Assembly: GCA_020137815.1 (NCBI GenBank)
Contig: CM035361.1
Span: 3,472,001-3,536,000 of the forward strand
Direction of reading: 5' to 3'
Length of the DNA: 64,000 nucleotides
Source of the DNA: Hormiphora californensis
Lineage: Eukaryota > Animalia > Ctenophora
Shown one piece after another: positions 1-12,752 of the stretch. How positions within the stretch are numbered: position 1 is the first letter of the stretch; the number at the start of each line of letters is the position of its first letter. The translations under genes and the position numbers were made by a program. The notes beneath the pieces were generated by a model. That model made no database searches. It saw only the letters and a list, made by a program, of their open reading frames with translations, and was not told the origin of the DNA.

Positions 1-58
1 TAATAAATAGCGATTGAAAGCCCTCGCAAGTTACCGAAATATAAGGTGTTGTAGTTTA

Positions 59-511
59 CTAGATCCAAAAACCAAACAAGTTTGGTGGATAGCCGGGGCC
101 GCAGAAATTAAAAAACGTGCGAAAGTTTTGATACATGAACTTTCGGGGCCTGGGGTGCTGTTAAATTCGCGTTTCCATGATTAATATAACCAATAACATT
201 TTCAAACTATACGCCAGGAAAACTAGTGCAATGATCAAACCATTAATTTATTCCACATTATCACATGTCACATCCACACATGTCACATATATTTACTGTG
301 CAGTGTGCACAGTGGGTCGTTTCAGAGTCTGTTTTACAGAATAATATTATTATGATAATAATAGTGTGTTTTGAAAGAACGGCTAACTATAATGGAAACG
401 CGAATTTAACAGCACCCCAGGCCCCGAAAGTTCATGTATCAAAACTTTCGCACGTTTTTTAATTTCTGCGGCCCCGGCTATCCACCAAACTTGTTTGGTT
501 TTTGGATCTAG
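59..511. mobile_element. MITE with ~120-bp terminal inverted repeats, TA target duplication (Tc1/mariner-type)
   Basis: 57-178 is the reverse complement of 392-513 (TACTAGATCCAAAAACC... / ...GGTTTTTGGATCTAGTA); TA on both flanks. Confidence 0.85.
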
Positions 512-634
512 TATCAGGCATTTTGTTATACTATGACATGCTGCATGCATTTTGTAATACTAGCTTAATTTAATAAACGCGGATTGAGGATTCACGGACT
601 TTTTAAATCGTAGGTACTAGGTAGCCTCATAATA

Positions 635-950
635 ATCGCAGATATCCAATCTCGGATATCAATCGCGAATAACTAATATCATAGTAATCGCAGACAACCA
701 ATCGCGGATAACTTATCAGTTATCAATCCGTTATAAGTTATCGCGATTAGTTATTGCGATTAGCTATCACGATTAGCTATCGCGATTAGATATTCGCGAT
801 TGGTTACTATTATATTACTTATTTCGCGATAAGTTATCGTGGTTAGTTATCCGCAATTGGTTCTCCGCGATTGGTTCTCCGCGATTAATCTATGATTTTG
901 ATTATTAGTCACGGATAATGATCACGGATAAGCATTAATAATCAGATATA
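635..950. repeat. Degenerate ~13-bp tandem repeat (TTATCGCGATTAG-like)
   Basis: Recurrent ATCGCGATTAG/ATCGCGGATAA units. Confidence 0.65.
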
Positions 951-1503
951 TCTGATAAAATCAGGTTCTAGATGCTAATTCGCTCTTTTCTCGGTGGTTT
1001 TTAAAATCGTCTTATATTTAAGACAGTCATACCTCTAGATATGACTACCAATTACAACTGAAAATGCGGCAGTAAGGCTAGCTTTATAAATTAAATCTGA
1101 TTCAATGTTAATTTAGACTCTGAATCGCTTCTTTGTAGGTGTTTTTAAAATCGTCTTAAATTTAAGACAGTCATAAATATAGATATGACTACCAATTATA
1201 TCTGAAAATACAGCAGTTAACCCACGTTTGAAAAACATGTATGATAAAATCATGATTTATAGTTTAATTTGCTCTTTTCTAAGTTTTTTTGAAAATCGTC
1301 TTAAATCTTAATACAGTCAGATGCCCATAACTGACGAACCGCAACTCGGATTTGCTTGAAATTTTGAACGTGTGTTCAAGATGTCAAGGCAACACCACGT
1401 ACCAAGCGGCGTATTTGTAGAACGACGGGAAGGCTGTCTTAAACCCCAAAGAAAACTTAAGACAGTCATAACTTTTGTTATGACTGTCCGTTTTCTCTGT
1501 CCA

Positions 1504-1617
1504 AGCTTTAATACAAGGTACACCACGAGATCTACCGACTCCCAAAGTTTCATGGTGATATATCACCATGAAACTTTGGGAGTCGGTAGATCTCGTGGTG
1601 TACCTTGTATTAAAGCT
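1504..1617. repeat. Perfect 114-bp spacerless palindrome
   Basis: Centre CATGGTGATA|TATCACCATG at 1560/1561; 57-bp arms match perfectly. Confidence 0.95.
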
Positions 1618-2161
1618 ATAGCTTTAAAACTGTGGCCTCTATTGTTTACGCAAAAAGGTTGTACAATCAAGGTCGTTCGTGACCCTAAAACGGACATTTT
1701 GTCTAAAATACGACCCTCTGTAACGTAAAAACCGTAACTCCGATTTGTATGAAATTTTGAACGTGTGCTCTAGGTGTCAAGGCAACACGAACTACCAAGC
1801 GGCAAGTTCGTAGGACAACGGGAAGGTTGTCTAAAATAAAGTTGAAATTGCCGATTTCAGACAATAAGTATAGTAGCGCTGTCAAAATTTTCAAAAATTT
1901 TCAAAAAATTCAAAAAAATTTTTTTTTCGCAATTTCGATTTTCTTTTTACTGGGAGGAAAGATGCTTGTTAGAGGGACAATTTGGGGGAAATGATGGTTG
2001 GGGGGAGGGAGGATTGGGCCCCGGGCGCTTGCCAGCGCTATGATTATACGAACCTGTGTGACATATAATAATTAATACTAAACCCACGTGTGCTGCAGTA
2101 CAGCTACATAATATAAGTATAGTAATTATTGGTACATGATGCATTAAATTTAGACCCTTAC

Positions 2162-3352
2162 CTGCTCTGTAGAAGTCAGATGCCGTGTCATCTTTAAACC
2201 TGATCTCCTTCACAACATCACCACCCCACCTTGTAACACATTTGTTATCTGAACTATCTGTGAACAGGTAGTTCAAAACCTCAACATTATTACATGTGAT
2301 GATCCAGGCGGTCTCTGTTTTGGTGATCGTCCAGATCTTATCCACCTCCACCGGTGGTTGCACTGGCAGGTCTATGTAGGAGTTGCAGAAGGCTATATAA
2401 TACTGCATTGGGGAGGAGAACTTCACAATCACACCACCCATATAGTTGCCGTACACCATTACCCAGATCTTCTCATCACTACCAAGTGCAGAGTCTGTCT
2501 TTATCTGGAGAGATGTTCTCTCCAGGTCCCAGGGTATACTCACTTCCTGCCCTGGAGCTGTCCAGTCTGAAGGGTATAACGTATTTTAATTTATTGAACG
2601 AGCCTGTTTGATAGATATGATAGTGGTTGGAGGCCGAGTTGTCAATCGAGAGATCCGTACATACTGAATGATATTGTTTAAAAACTAGTAACTGAAAAAG
2701 CAGTGAGAAAAAGACAAAAGAAAGCTGGAAAAATTGATACTGAAGTTTTACTTTTTGTATATATACGTGATTTAATGCTAAAACCATGTGCTGTTAAGTG
2801 GTACACATTAAGTTTACCTGCTCTGTAGAAGTCAGATGCTGCGTCATAATGGTAAAACTGGATTTTATCCACAACATCTCCACCCAACTTAGCAGCACAA
2901 TAGCTCTCTGAACTATCTGCGAACAGGTACTTCAGCACCTCCACATTATTACATGTGATAATCCAGGCGGTCTCTGTTTTGGTGATCGTCCAGATCTTAT
3001 CCACATCAACCGGGGGCTGCACTGGCAGGTTTGTCCATTCGCTGGTGCAGTAGGTTATAAGATACTGCACTGGGGAGGAGAACTTCACATACACACTACC
3101 GATATAGTTGCTCTCCTTGTACATCCTCACATAGATCTTCTCATCACTGCCCAGTGTAGAGTCTGTTTTTATCTGGAGAGATGTTCTCTCCAGGTCCCAG
3201 GGTATCTTTACATACTTTTCTACAGCTGTCCAGTCTGAAGGGTATAACGCATTGTATTTTACTAGTGGACCCAGGCCATCCTACGGATGGCATAAACTGA
3301 TTGGTTTTCATGTCTCTCACTTCTCAGTTTCCTCTTAGTCCTACCTCTCTGT

Positions 3353-3407
<55 letters not shown>

Positions 3408-6288
3408 TCTTTGTCTATTTTACCACTCTATATGGGGGATCTCATCACGCACAGTGGACTACTAGGTGAAATGTGGGATCTGATACTCACTGGGATGATC
3501 TGATAGTCACTGGGGTGGGGTGATCATGGGTGGGGTGATCTGATCCTCAGTAGGGTGATCTGATCATGCATGTTGGGTGCTCCTAGCATGCTGCTTGTTA
3601 CGTGATCTGATCTTGATGACGACGATTTAGGGACCACCAAACATGCATGGGAGGGATCAAGTTTCGGGTGTTTTTGCATTATATAGTAAGATTGAACGAG
3701 CCTGTGTGATATATGATACATATTTTATGGAAAACTCATGGGTACTGTACCTTGCAGTTCATGGTAGCTTTGACCCAGCTTACGTGATATATAGTACATA
3801 GTATATTGATGCATCAAATTTAGATCCTTACCTGTTCTGTAGAAGTCAGATGCTTTGTCACTTTTATAACTAAACTGGATCTTCTCCACAACATCACCAC
3901 TCCACTTTGGAACACAGTCGCTATCTGAACTATCTGCAAACTGGTAGTTCAGCACTTCCACATCGTTACATGTGATAATCCAGGCGGTCTCTGTTTTGTT
4001 GATTGTCCAGATCTTATCCACCTCCACCGGTGGTTGCACTGGCAGGTCTATGTAGGAGTTGCAGAAGGCTATATAATACTGCATTGGGGAAGAGAACTTC
4101 ACAATCACACCACCCATATAGTTGCCGTACACCATTACCCAGATCCTCTCATCACTGCCAAGTGCAGAGTCTGTCTTTATCTGGAGAGATGTTCTCTCCA
4201 GGTCCAAGGGTATCTTCACATTTCGCTCTACAGCTGTCCAGTCTGAAGGGTATAACGTATTTTAGTTTATTGAACGAGCCTGTTTGATAAATATGATATT
4301 GGTTGGAGGCCGAGTTGTCAATCGAGAGATCCGGGCATTCTGTAATATGATATTGTGGTGTTTAAAAACTAGTAACTGAAAAAGCAGTGAGAAAAAGACA
4401 AGAGAAAGCTGGAAAAATTGATACTGAAGTTTTAATTTTTGTATATATACGTGATTTAATGCTAAACCCATGTGCTGTTAAGTGGTACACATTAAGTTTA
4501 CCTGCTCTGTAGAAGTCAGATGCTGTGTCCATGTAACTGACAAACTGGATCTGCTTCACAATATCACCACTCCACTTTGGAACACAGTTGCTATTTGAAC
4601 TATCTGCGAACAGGTACTTCAGCACCTCCACATTATTACATGTGATGATGAGGGTAGACTCTGTTTTGGTGATCGTCCAGATCTTATCCACCTCCACCGG
4701 GGGTTGTACTGGCAGGTCTTTAAAGCCGCTGATGCAGTAGCCTATTATATACGTCATTGGGGAGGAGAACTTCACAACCACATAACTGATCCAGCTGCTG
4801 TCCTTGTCGTACATGTACACATAGATGTCCTTACCACTACCAAGTGTAGAGTCTGTCTTTATCTGGAGAGATGTTTCCTCCAGGTCCCAGGGTATCTTCA
4901 CATCATCCCGTTCTACAGCTATCCAGTCTGAAGGGTATAACGCATTGTATTTTATTGAACGAGCCTGTGTGATATATGATACATATTTTATGGAAAACTC
5001 ATGGGTACTGTACCTTGCAGTTCATTGGGGGGGGGGGGCGGCTGGAGTTTTTGAAGTTTTTGAAGTCGACTTCAAAAACTTCAAAAACTAAAAAGGGTAG
5101 GAAAATTCAAAAACTTCAAAAACTTCAAATCCCTATAAACCAGGAAATTATCGAAATTTCGGCTTGATTTTGTTCAATTAGGTGGTTTTTCGATATTCTG
5201 GATGGTTTAAGTGGAAAACAAATTAAAAATACGAAATTTTAAAAAACAAAATCGAAAGTCATTTTTGTAATATGATTTGAGTTTCGAAATTTTCAGGATA
5301 CTTTTTTCTATAAAAACTCATGGAGAGCACTAATTCTGAAAAAAAAATTTTAGAAATTTTTGAAGTCAACTTTTGAAGTCAACTTTTGAAGTCAACTTTT
5401 GAAGTCAACTTTGCTGAAAAATTTGTGTTTCATGATCCCATGATCATATGTATTAACATGTTAAACATGTCTATCCCCTGTAAAAAGCTCAGATTTTTTT
5501 TTTAAAAGCGCCAATAAAGAATTATCAATACTTTTGAAGTTTTTGAAGTCGACTTCATAAACTTCAAAAACTAAAATAGGTAGGAAACTTCCACTTTAGC
5601 CCCCCCCCCGTTCATTGTAGCTTTGAACCAGCCTACGTGATATGTTACTAAACCCACGTGCTGTGCAGTACCTACATTAAATTTAGACCCTTACCTCCTC
5701 TATAGAAGTCAGATGCTCTGTCAGTACTGTGATCAAACTCGATCTCCTCCACGACATCACCACCCCACCTTGTAACACATGTGTTATCTGAACTATCTGC
5801 GAACAGGTAGTTCAGCACCTCAACATTATTACATGTGATGATGAGGGCAGACTCTGTTTTGGTGATCGTCCAGATCTTATCCACCTCTGCCGGGGGTTGC
5901 ACTGGCAGGTCTGTGGTGCTGCAGCAGAAGCCTATCCCATACTGCATTGTGGAGGAGAACTTCACACCCACATTACCGATGTGGTTGATGTCCTTGTCGT
6001 ACATGTCCACAAAGATCCACTCATCACTACCAAGTGTAGAGTCCGTCTTTATCTGGAGAGATGTTGCCTCCAGGTCCCAGGGTATCTTCACATCATCCCG
6101 CTTTACAGCTGTCCAGTCTGAAGGGGATAACGTATTGTAGTTTTTTGAAGGAGCCTGTGGGCTAAAAAATAACACGTTTTATGAACTATATAGCTATAAA
6201 GCATCAAATATTTTATATTGTTTGACAAACCTGCAGTGAGAACAACTGTTCCACACAATGCAGCTGTGAAGAGAAGGAGGCGTATCAT
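2162..6288 (-). CDS. Secreted/surface protein with tandem ~140-aa beta-rich variable domains (3' end not seen)
   Basis: Signal exon 6288-6231 (MIRLLLFTAALCGTVVLTA, phase 1), then exons 6117-5695, 4927-4502, 4242-3832, 3234-2818, 2566-2162. Each has a CTTCAG acceptor and G|GTAA donor, is a multiple of 3 (423, 426, 411, 417, 405 nt), is open, and encodes DW..PWDLE.TSLQIKTDS...VDKIWTI.KTE...TCN.VEVL...ASDFYR. Confidence 0.9.
3262..3691 (-). mobile_element. Non-autonomous Helitron (430 bp)
   Basis: Minus strand starts TCTTACTATATAA and ends with hairpin GCCATCCGTAGGATGGC + CTGGGTCCACTAG; inserted between A and T with no TSD; the empty site GCATTGTATTTTA|TTGAACGAGCC is present in the paralogous intron at ~4942-4965. 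Confidence 0.9.
5028..5609. mobile_element. Non-autonomous DNA element with poly-G/poly-C termini, TTTTTGAAG subterminal repeats and 8-bp TSD
   Basis: GTTCATTG duplicated at 5020-5027 and 5610-5617; empty site in paralogous intron at ~3751-3780; sister copy at 61958-62796. Confidence 0.85.
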
Positions 6289-6513
6289 TTCAACACTCAC
6301 ATGTCACTTAATAGTTGAGGGTGTTAAGTAAATTATTTATAGCTTTTACTGTGCTGAGTTAATTTATGCTAGTATGTCACAACTTGATTATTAATTTATT
6401 TGGTCCAAAAATGTATTTTTGCGAGAATGAGATGAACGATATAAATAAGACAGAAATGTGATACCCTACTGCAATGGAATGGTGTTACATTTCCGTCTTT
6501 TTTCTTAGTTATA

Positions 6514-6683
6514 CAGTCGCATCGGACCCCGATTTACCGGGATGCTCGGGGGAAAGGGTTTTGCCCGGTAAATCGGGGTGCCCGGTATATCGGGGTCAAA
6601 TACCGTTAATTTCCTATATCGGGGGAATTTTATCCTCCCGGTAAATCGGGGTTCCGGTAAATTGGGACCCGGTAAATCGCTGT
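6514..6683. mobile_element. CAGTCGGACCCCGATTTA-family MITE (Tc1/mariner-like, TA TSD)
   Basis: TA-CAGTC start, internal CCGGTAAATCGGGG repeats; more than ten family members or fragments in the window (e.g. ~8230, ~12110, ~13990, ~23905, 24805, 31685, 42622, 43281, 54289, ~60667). Confidence 0.75.
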
Positions 6684-7261
6684 GTAATTTTATCAGAACT
6701 CAATTAAAGAAGTTATTCAAAAAGGACGTCCAGGGGAGGGGGATCAGGTAGCCAATTTCGGAAATCTCTGGACAGGGGGGAGACCTCAGCAATAAATAGT
6801 ATAAACGAATTTTTAAAATCGGAGGCGCTATAAAAGTGCTTCAAGTATAAGCGCTTTTAAAGCGCTATAAAAAGGCTTTAAATGCATTTTGTGCGCTTTG
6901 AGGCGGTAAATAGCGCTGTATTATGTCTCCCATATATTGCAAATTATAAAAAACTTTAAAAGCGCTATACTTCGTGTATTTTATAACAGAAGAAACAGAG
7001 GGAACTCAGCTACAAAGATCATCCAGACAGGGGAGAGCTAGATAGCTTGTTGTTCTGCAGTACTGGGCATTGTAAGTGAAAAACCATCGCTATAACGTGT
7101 CAGCCAATGGCGTAGTAGAGAAAAGCCACGTGTTCCTCATGTGAAATCTTTTCAGCCAATGGGAGAAGGCAACGATCAGTACTGCAGAACAGAGTCTAGC
7201 TCAACGAGAGGATTTGAACAGAGGGAGAGCAGAATGAATCAGCAGTAGAGATAGAAATAGG

Positions 7262-7735
<474 letters not shown>

Positions 7736-8599
7736 AATGGGACTCAGCTGATGTTTCTAAGTTTGGAAAATCGGGAATAGAGAGGACCGTTTATTGTAGA
7801 GATAGATTTAGAAAAGTGCAAAAAGGAAAATGTGTGTGCTATCACCCCTAAAAATGTTCCAAATCAGAGCGCTTTCCAGCGCTCAGCCGTACGAGTTTTA
7901 ACATTCTTGTACTGAAAAAGTGTAATCCTAGAAGCGCATAGTTTATGTTACTGTCACTCCTTTGCTTTGTATCTAATCAAAGAATGAGCCTCAATTTTTG
8001 TATATCTCGAAGAGATCTTTCGATAACTTGAGGGTCATTTTTTGATCGGATGCGAAATGAAGGAGGTTCAGGCACGACTGTTTTCCCCGTATTTATTGCA
8101 TCTGAAATATGCATTGGAACACACTTTTTCAGTACAATAATGTTAAAAGTCACGCAGCAGAGCGCTGGGAAGCGCCCTCATTTTGGAATTTTTTTCTGCA
8201 CGCCAAAAAATCTGAAAAAATAATATATAGTCGGACCCCAATTGAGTGGTCCCCATTTTAGTGGCACCCCGATTTAGTGCCAGGATTCCCCCCCTCCCCC
8301 CGAGGATGCCATTAAATCGGGGTCCGACTGCAGTTTAAGGTAGCGACTGGCTATTTGAAACGGCGGCTAATTTGAAAAACCCCCTCTACAGGCCAGCAGG
8401 TGCACCCGATTTGGATTTTAAGAAATCAGTGGGCTTGGCATGAGTACTGCAACTAGCCCACTGATGTCTAAAAATCCAAATCTGGTGCAACTGCTAAGCT
8501 TTAGAGGGGGTTTTCAAATTACGCCATTTAAATGCCATCGCTACCTAAAGCCATTTTACACTTTTCACCCCCCAACCGTGCGCGTGCGATTTTTTTTTA

Positions 8600-11412
8600 C
8601 CTGCGCGCCTCCGTTAACATGTGTTTAGACGCGCAAAAAATTCCGGCACAATTTTTGGGGGGGAAACAGTTAAAAAAAAAAGGACATTAAAGCAATTTTA
8701 ATCTTCTAAAAGTGGTTAAAAAAGGGTTAAAAAGCAAATTCTTCGTGATTTTAATAAAAGGGAAACGGGGGGAATCGCTACAAAGATCTCCAGACGGGGA
8801 AGGGGCAGTTTTAGCTTGTTTTCGATACAGGGCATTGTAGTGAAAAACCACGTATAACGTTCCCAAAACGGGGTTAGAGAAAAGCGCGTTTTTCCTCATG
8901 GGGACAGCTTTTCACCCAATGGAGAATGCAACGATCATCCTGCAGAACGGGGTTTATAGCTCAAGGATAGGATTTGAACGAGGGAGAGCAGACTGAATCA
9001 GCATTAAAGAATAGATAATAAGGGGGAAGAGAGGGAGAAGAGGAGAGAGAGGAGAGAAAGAGAGAGGAGAGAGAGAGAAGAAGAAAGGACAGGAGAGGAG
9101 AGGAGAGAGGAAAAGAGGGGAGAAGAAAAGAAGAGAGAGGCGGGAAAAAGAGAGAGAGAAGGGGAAAGAAGAGAAAAGGGAAGGGGGGAAAAAAAGGGAA
9201 AAAGAAGGGAGGGAGAGAAATAGGGAAGAGGGGGAGAGGAGAGAAAGAGAAAAGAAAAAGGGAGAAAAGAAATAAAAGGGGGGAAAAGGGGGGGGGGAAA
9301 GGAAAAAAAGGGGGGGGGAAAAAAGGGGGGGGAAAAAGGGGAAGGAACCTAAGGGTTTCGCTCTTTTCTAAGTTTGGGAATGGGAAAAGAAGGAAAAAAA
9401 TTTGTACCGCCGGGCCCAAAAAATAAGGGTACTTTCCTTTTTTCTCCTAGAAATTAAAATTTCAACACTTTTGGTTTTTTTGTCAAAAATTTTATGGTTA
9501 CCATTCGAGAAATCCGGGATTTCACCCCTCTGAATGAAAATTCTTTTTTTTTTTTTTTTTTTTCGCCGAATGAAATTTAATAAACCCAAAAAAGGGGCCC
9601 CAATTTTTGGTACCAAAGTTTACAAATTTTTTTGGGCTATCGTTTTTTTCTTTCAAACGCGACCAGTTTTATTTAATTGGGTCACCACAAAATCACAGTG
9701 ACCATTTTTCCTAGCCCAGGTTGGGTCATGTGATCCCCACAAATTATACGTGTTTTGGCCCCAAGAGAACTTCATTAACGGCGCTTATCGGTATACCCCC
9801 TAATTTGCAATTGAACGTATACGCGCCGTTTTACCGCTTTGGCATTAGTAATGACGCGCGTTCCCAAAAGGGGTCACTTTACCAGACCAGTTCGGAAAAG
9901 TGGCCACTGTGTCTCTTGGGTGGTCCAATTTAGCTAAAAATAGTTCGGTTTTAAAAAAATCGTTACCCAAAAGGGGCTTGAAATTCCGGTTTTTGGGAAA
10001 ACCTTTTTTGTTTTTCAATTTTATTTAGGATTCATTCCAGTCGTAAAAATGAATTTTAGATAGAGAGCCGAAACTCTAGCTAACATCAATATCGTTTAAG
10101 TGTAATGGCCGTACGAATTTTTTGCGCCTGAATTTTCAAATTTTTGTCAAAAAGGGGTTAAAAACATTTTGGTAAAATGCCGTTTTTAATAATTTTTTTT
10201 CACTACTAACTTTTTCTTTTTAATAAAACCGGATTGCCATTTATTTTTGTTTTCTCTAACAGGTTGCATTTTTGAATAAAAACGAATTTTGCCATAAAAA
10301 CGTGAAAAACCCAAAAAAAAAAAAAATGGGTTCATTCGACTTCACACTTTTTTTTTGAAACCCGGATTCCTCGAAGAGTAAACCAAAAAATATTGTGACA
10401 AAATTAGAGTGATCAAATTAAACTTTTTGGGAGAAAAGAAGGCCAACGTAAACCCTTAGTTTTTTTTTTGGCCCCGCGGGAAGATATATTTTGAAAAGTG
10501 CAAAAAGGAAAATGTGTGTGCTATCACCCCTAAAAAAAAGTTCCCCAAAAAGAAAACCTTTCCAGCGCTCAGCCTACGAGTTTTTAAAATTCTTGTACGA
10601 AAAAATGTAATCCTAGAAACTCATGTTTATGTTACTTCACTCCTTTGCTTTGTATTAATCAAACAAAACCTCAATTTTTTTTTAGATCTCGAAGAGATCT
10701 TTTTATAAATTGGGGTAATTTTTTTATCGGGTGCGAAATGAAGGAGGTTTAGGGCCCCTGTGTTCCCCCTATTTTTGCACTGAAATCTGCTTGGGCCACT
10801 TTTTTCAGTACAATAGTTAAAAAGCACGCAGCTTTTGCCTGGGAAGCGCCCCCATTTTTGGGAATTTTTTTTTTACCGCCCAAAAAATCTAAAAAAAAAT
10901 ATATGTCGGACCCCAAATTTAGTGGCCCCCCTTTTATGGGACCCCGATTTGTGCGGGTTTTTTTGGGTTAAATTAAAATGGGGTGTGAGTCAAGGGAACT
11001 GGCTTTTTTGGGCGGTTTTCCCCCAAAGGCCGCTCCGTTGTTTTTTCCTGGGGGTTTCTGGTTTTTGCACCCCCTTTCTTCCTTGTGACCTGCTTTTTAT
11101 AAGGGGGGGTTTTTTTCCCCTTTCCCCAAAAACCTCCTCCTGTGCCCTTTATGCTTCTTTTTTTTTCCTTCGCTTTTTCTTTTTTTGGGGGGTCGCCAAA
11201 AACCCGGGGCTTTTTTGCCCTTTTTTTCCGTCGGGGATTGATAAAAAACCCGTTAAACTTCCCTCTTCCTGTCCCTTGCCTTTCCCTAGGGCACACGTTC
11301 CTTTTTTGGGTTNNNNNNNNNNNNNNNNNNNNNNNNNNNNNNNNNNNNNNNNNNNNNNNNNNNNNNNNNNNNNNNNNNNNNNNNNNNNNNNNNNNNNNNN
11401 NNNNNNNNNNNN
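8600..11412. other. Low-quality duplicated sequence followed by 100-N assembly gap (11313-11412)
   Basis: ~8770-9030 is a corrupted copy of ~7000-7260 and ~10485-10950 of ~7800-8280; homopolymer inflation typical of read ends. Confidence 0.8.
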
Positions 11413-11428
11413 ACCCACAGGAGAAGAG

Positions 11429-11504
<76 letters not shown>

Positions 11505-12752
11505 TAGAGACTCAGCTGACCTTGCTAAGTTTGGGGAATCGGGAGAGTGAGGGAGAGATAAAAATCCTCGAGGACCGTTTATTTTAGAGATAGATGTAGA
11601 AACGTGCAAAAAGGAAAATGTGTGTGTTAGCACCTCTAAAATTAACGATAACAATTAATAAATATGCTGAGATTCGAAATTGATATTATACATTTCTACA
11701 ATAAACTCTACTCATTTGTGCAGACATCAGATCCACATTCCACCTGTACCAAGATCAGGATACACAGAGCTGCTGACGGTGCTTCTCTATCATGGTTGTA
11801 AGGCTTGGACGACTATCATGCAGAAGGAAATGCTCCTAAAAGGACACAAGTAAACAACCAATCACAACTCGGTATTTAGGTCACGTGATTGGTGATCAGC
11901 CAATCAGGGACCAGTATTTCCTGATTCCTAAAAGTTGACCAAAGAAACACGTGGTAGCTGGTGACGTCACAATTCTGCCTCATCTCCCTTAGATGTATAC
12001 CAATCATTGGGGGAAACAGTTGTTCAGGTCAGTACGGTTATTTAATATTTACCCCTGAAACCTGAAGCCTCAGGGCTATTCTTCCCTGAAAGGGAATAGC
12101 TGCCACGAATACAGCTGGACCACGATTCACTTGGCCCCGATGGCCGATTTACGAACCCCTTTCCCCCGAGCATCCCGGTAAACGGGGTCTGGATGTATTA
12201 ATAAGAATATTCCAGAATGCACCGTTTCCTAGGTTTCTGAAAATATAATCATCCTGATACACCTTACTCGCTGTGTTAGTAACTGTACAAGCTTTCCCAC
12301 ACCCATTTTACCTCGAGAATTTCCCACGCCCTCTTTATATCGATCTGTGCTCAAGGCGTGCTTTATCATCATTTGGCGGGGTATAAGCTTGGGTACTTAA
12401 CGACGCAAAGTCGTTAAGACAGGAGCTAGCTCAAAGTGAAAAAAGAGAGGGAGAGAGGGAGAAGGAGAGAAGGAAGGAGAGAGAAATGAAAGACAAGCAT
12501 GGATCGATATATGGCGCGATAAAACGAATGATCTGGAGACAGATCAAGTCATCTGGGAAACTCTATTCTCAATCAGGTGTAGTTAAAACTGCCATTTGAA
12601 TCTCTATCACTAGTTACCTTTAAACTCATTCTTTGTCGTGGTGAGATATCTTTCTTTGATAATATCTCGATAACGTTCCGTGATATCCTGATATTGGAAA
12701 CAAACAGAAGCAGTCATATTTCTTTGACTGAACTCGGAAGATTGAAACAAGG

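Noticed and set aside
1947-2161. Hydrophobic read-through tail as the transmembrane anchor of the variable-domain protein
   Set aside because: Begins with a GTAAG donor and is homologous to intron sequence following exon 6117-5695
8600-11412. ORFs and apparent tandem duplication near the gap
   Set aside because: Homopolymer-inflated copies of 7000-8280; consistent with low-quality read ends
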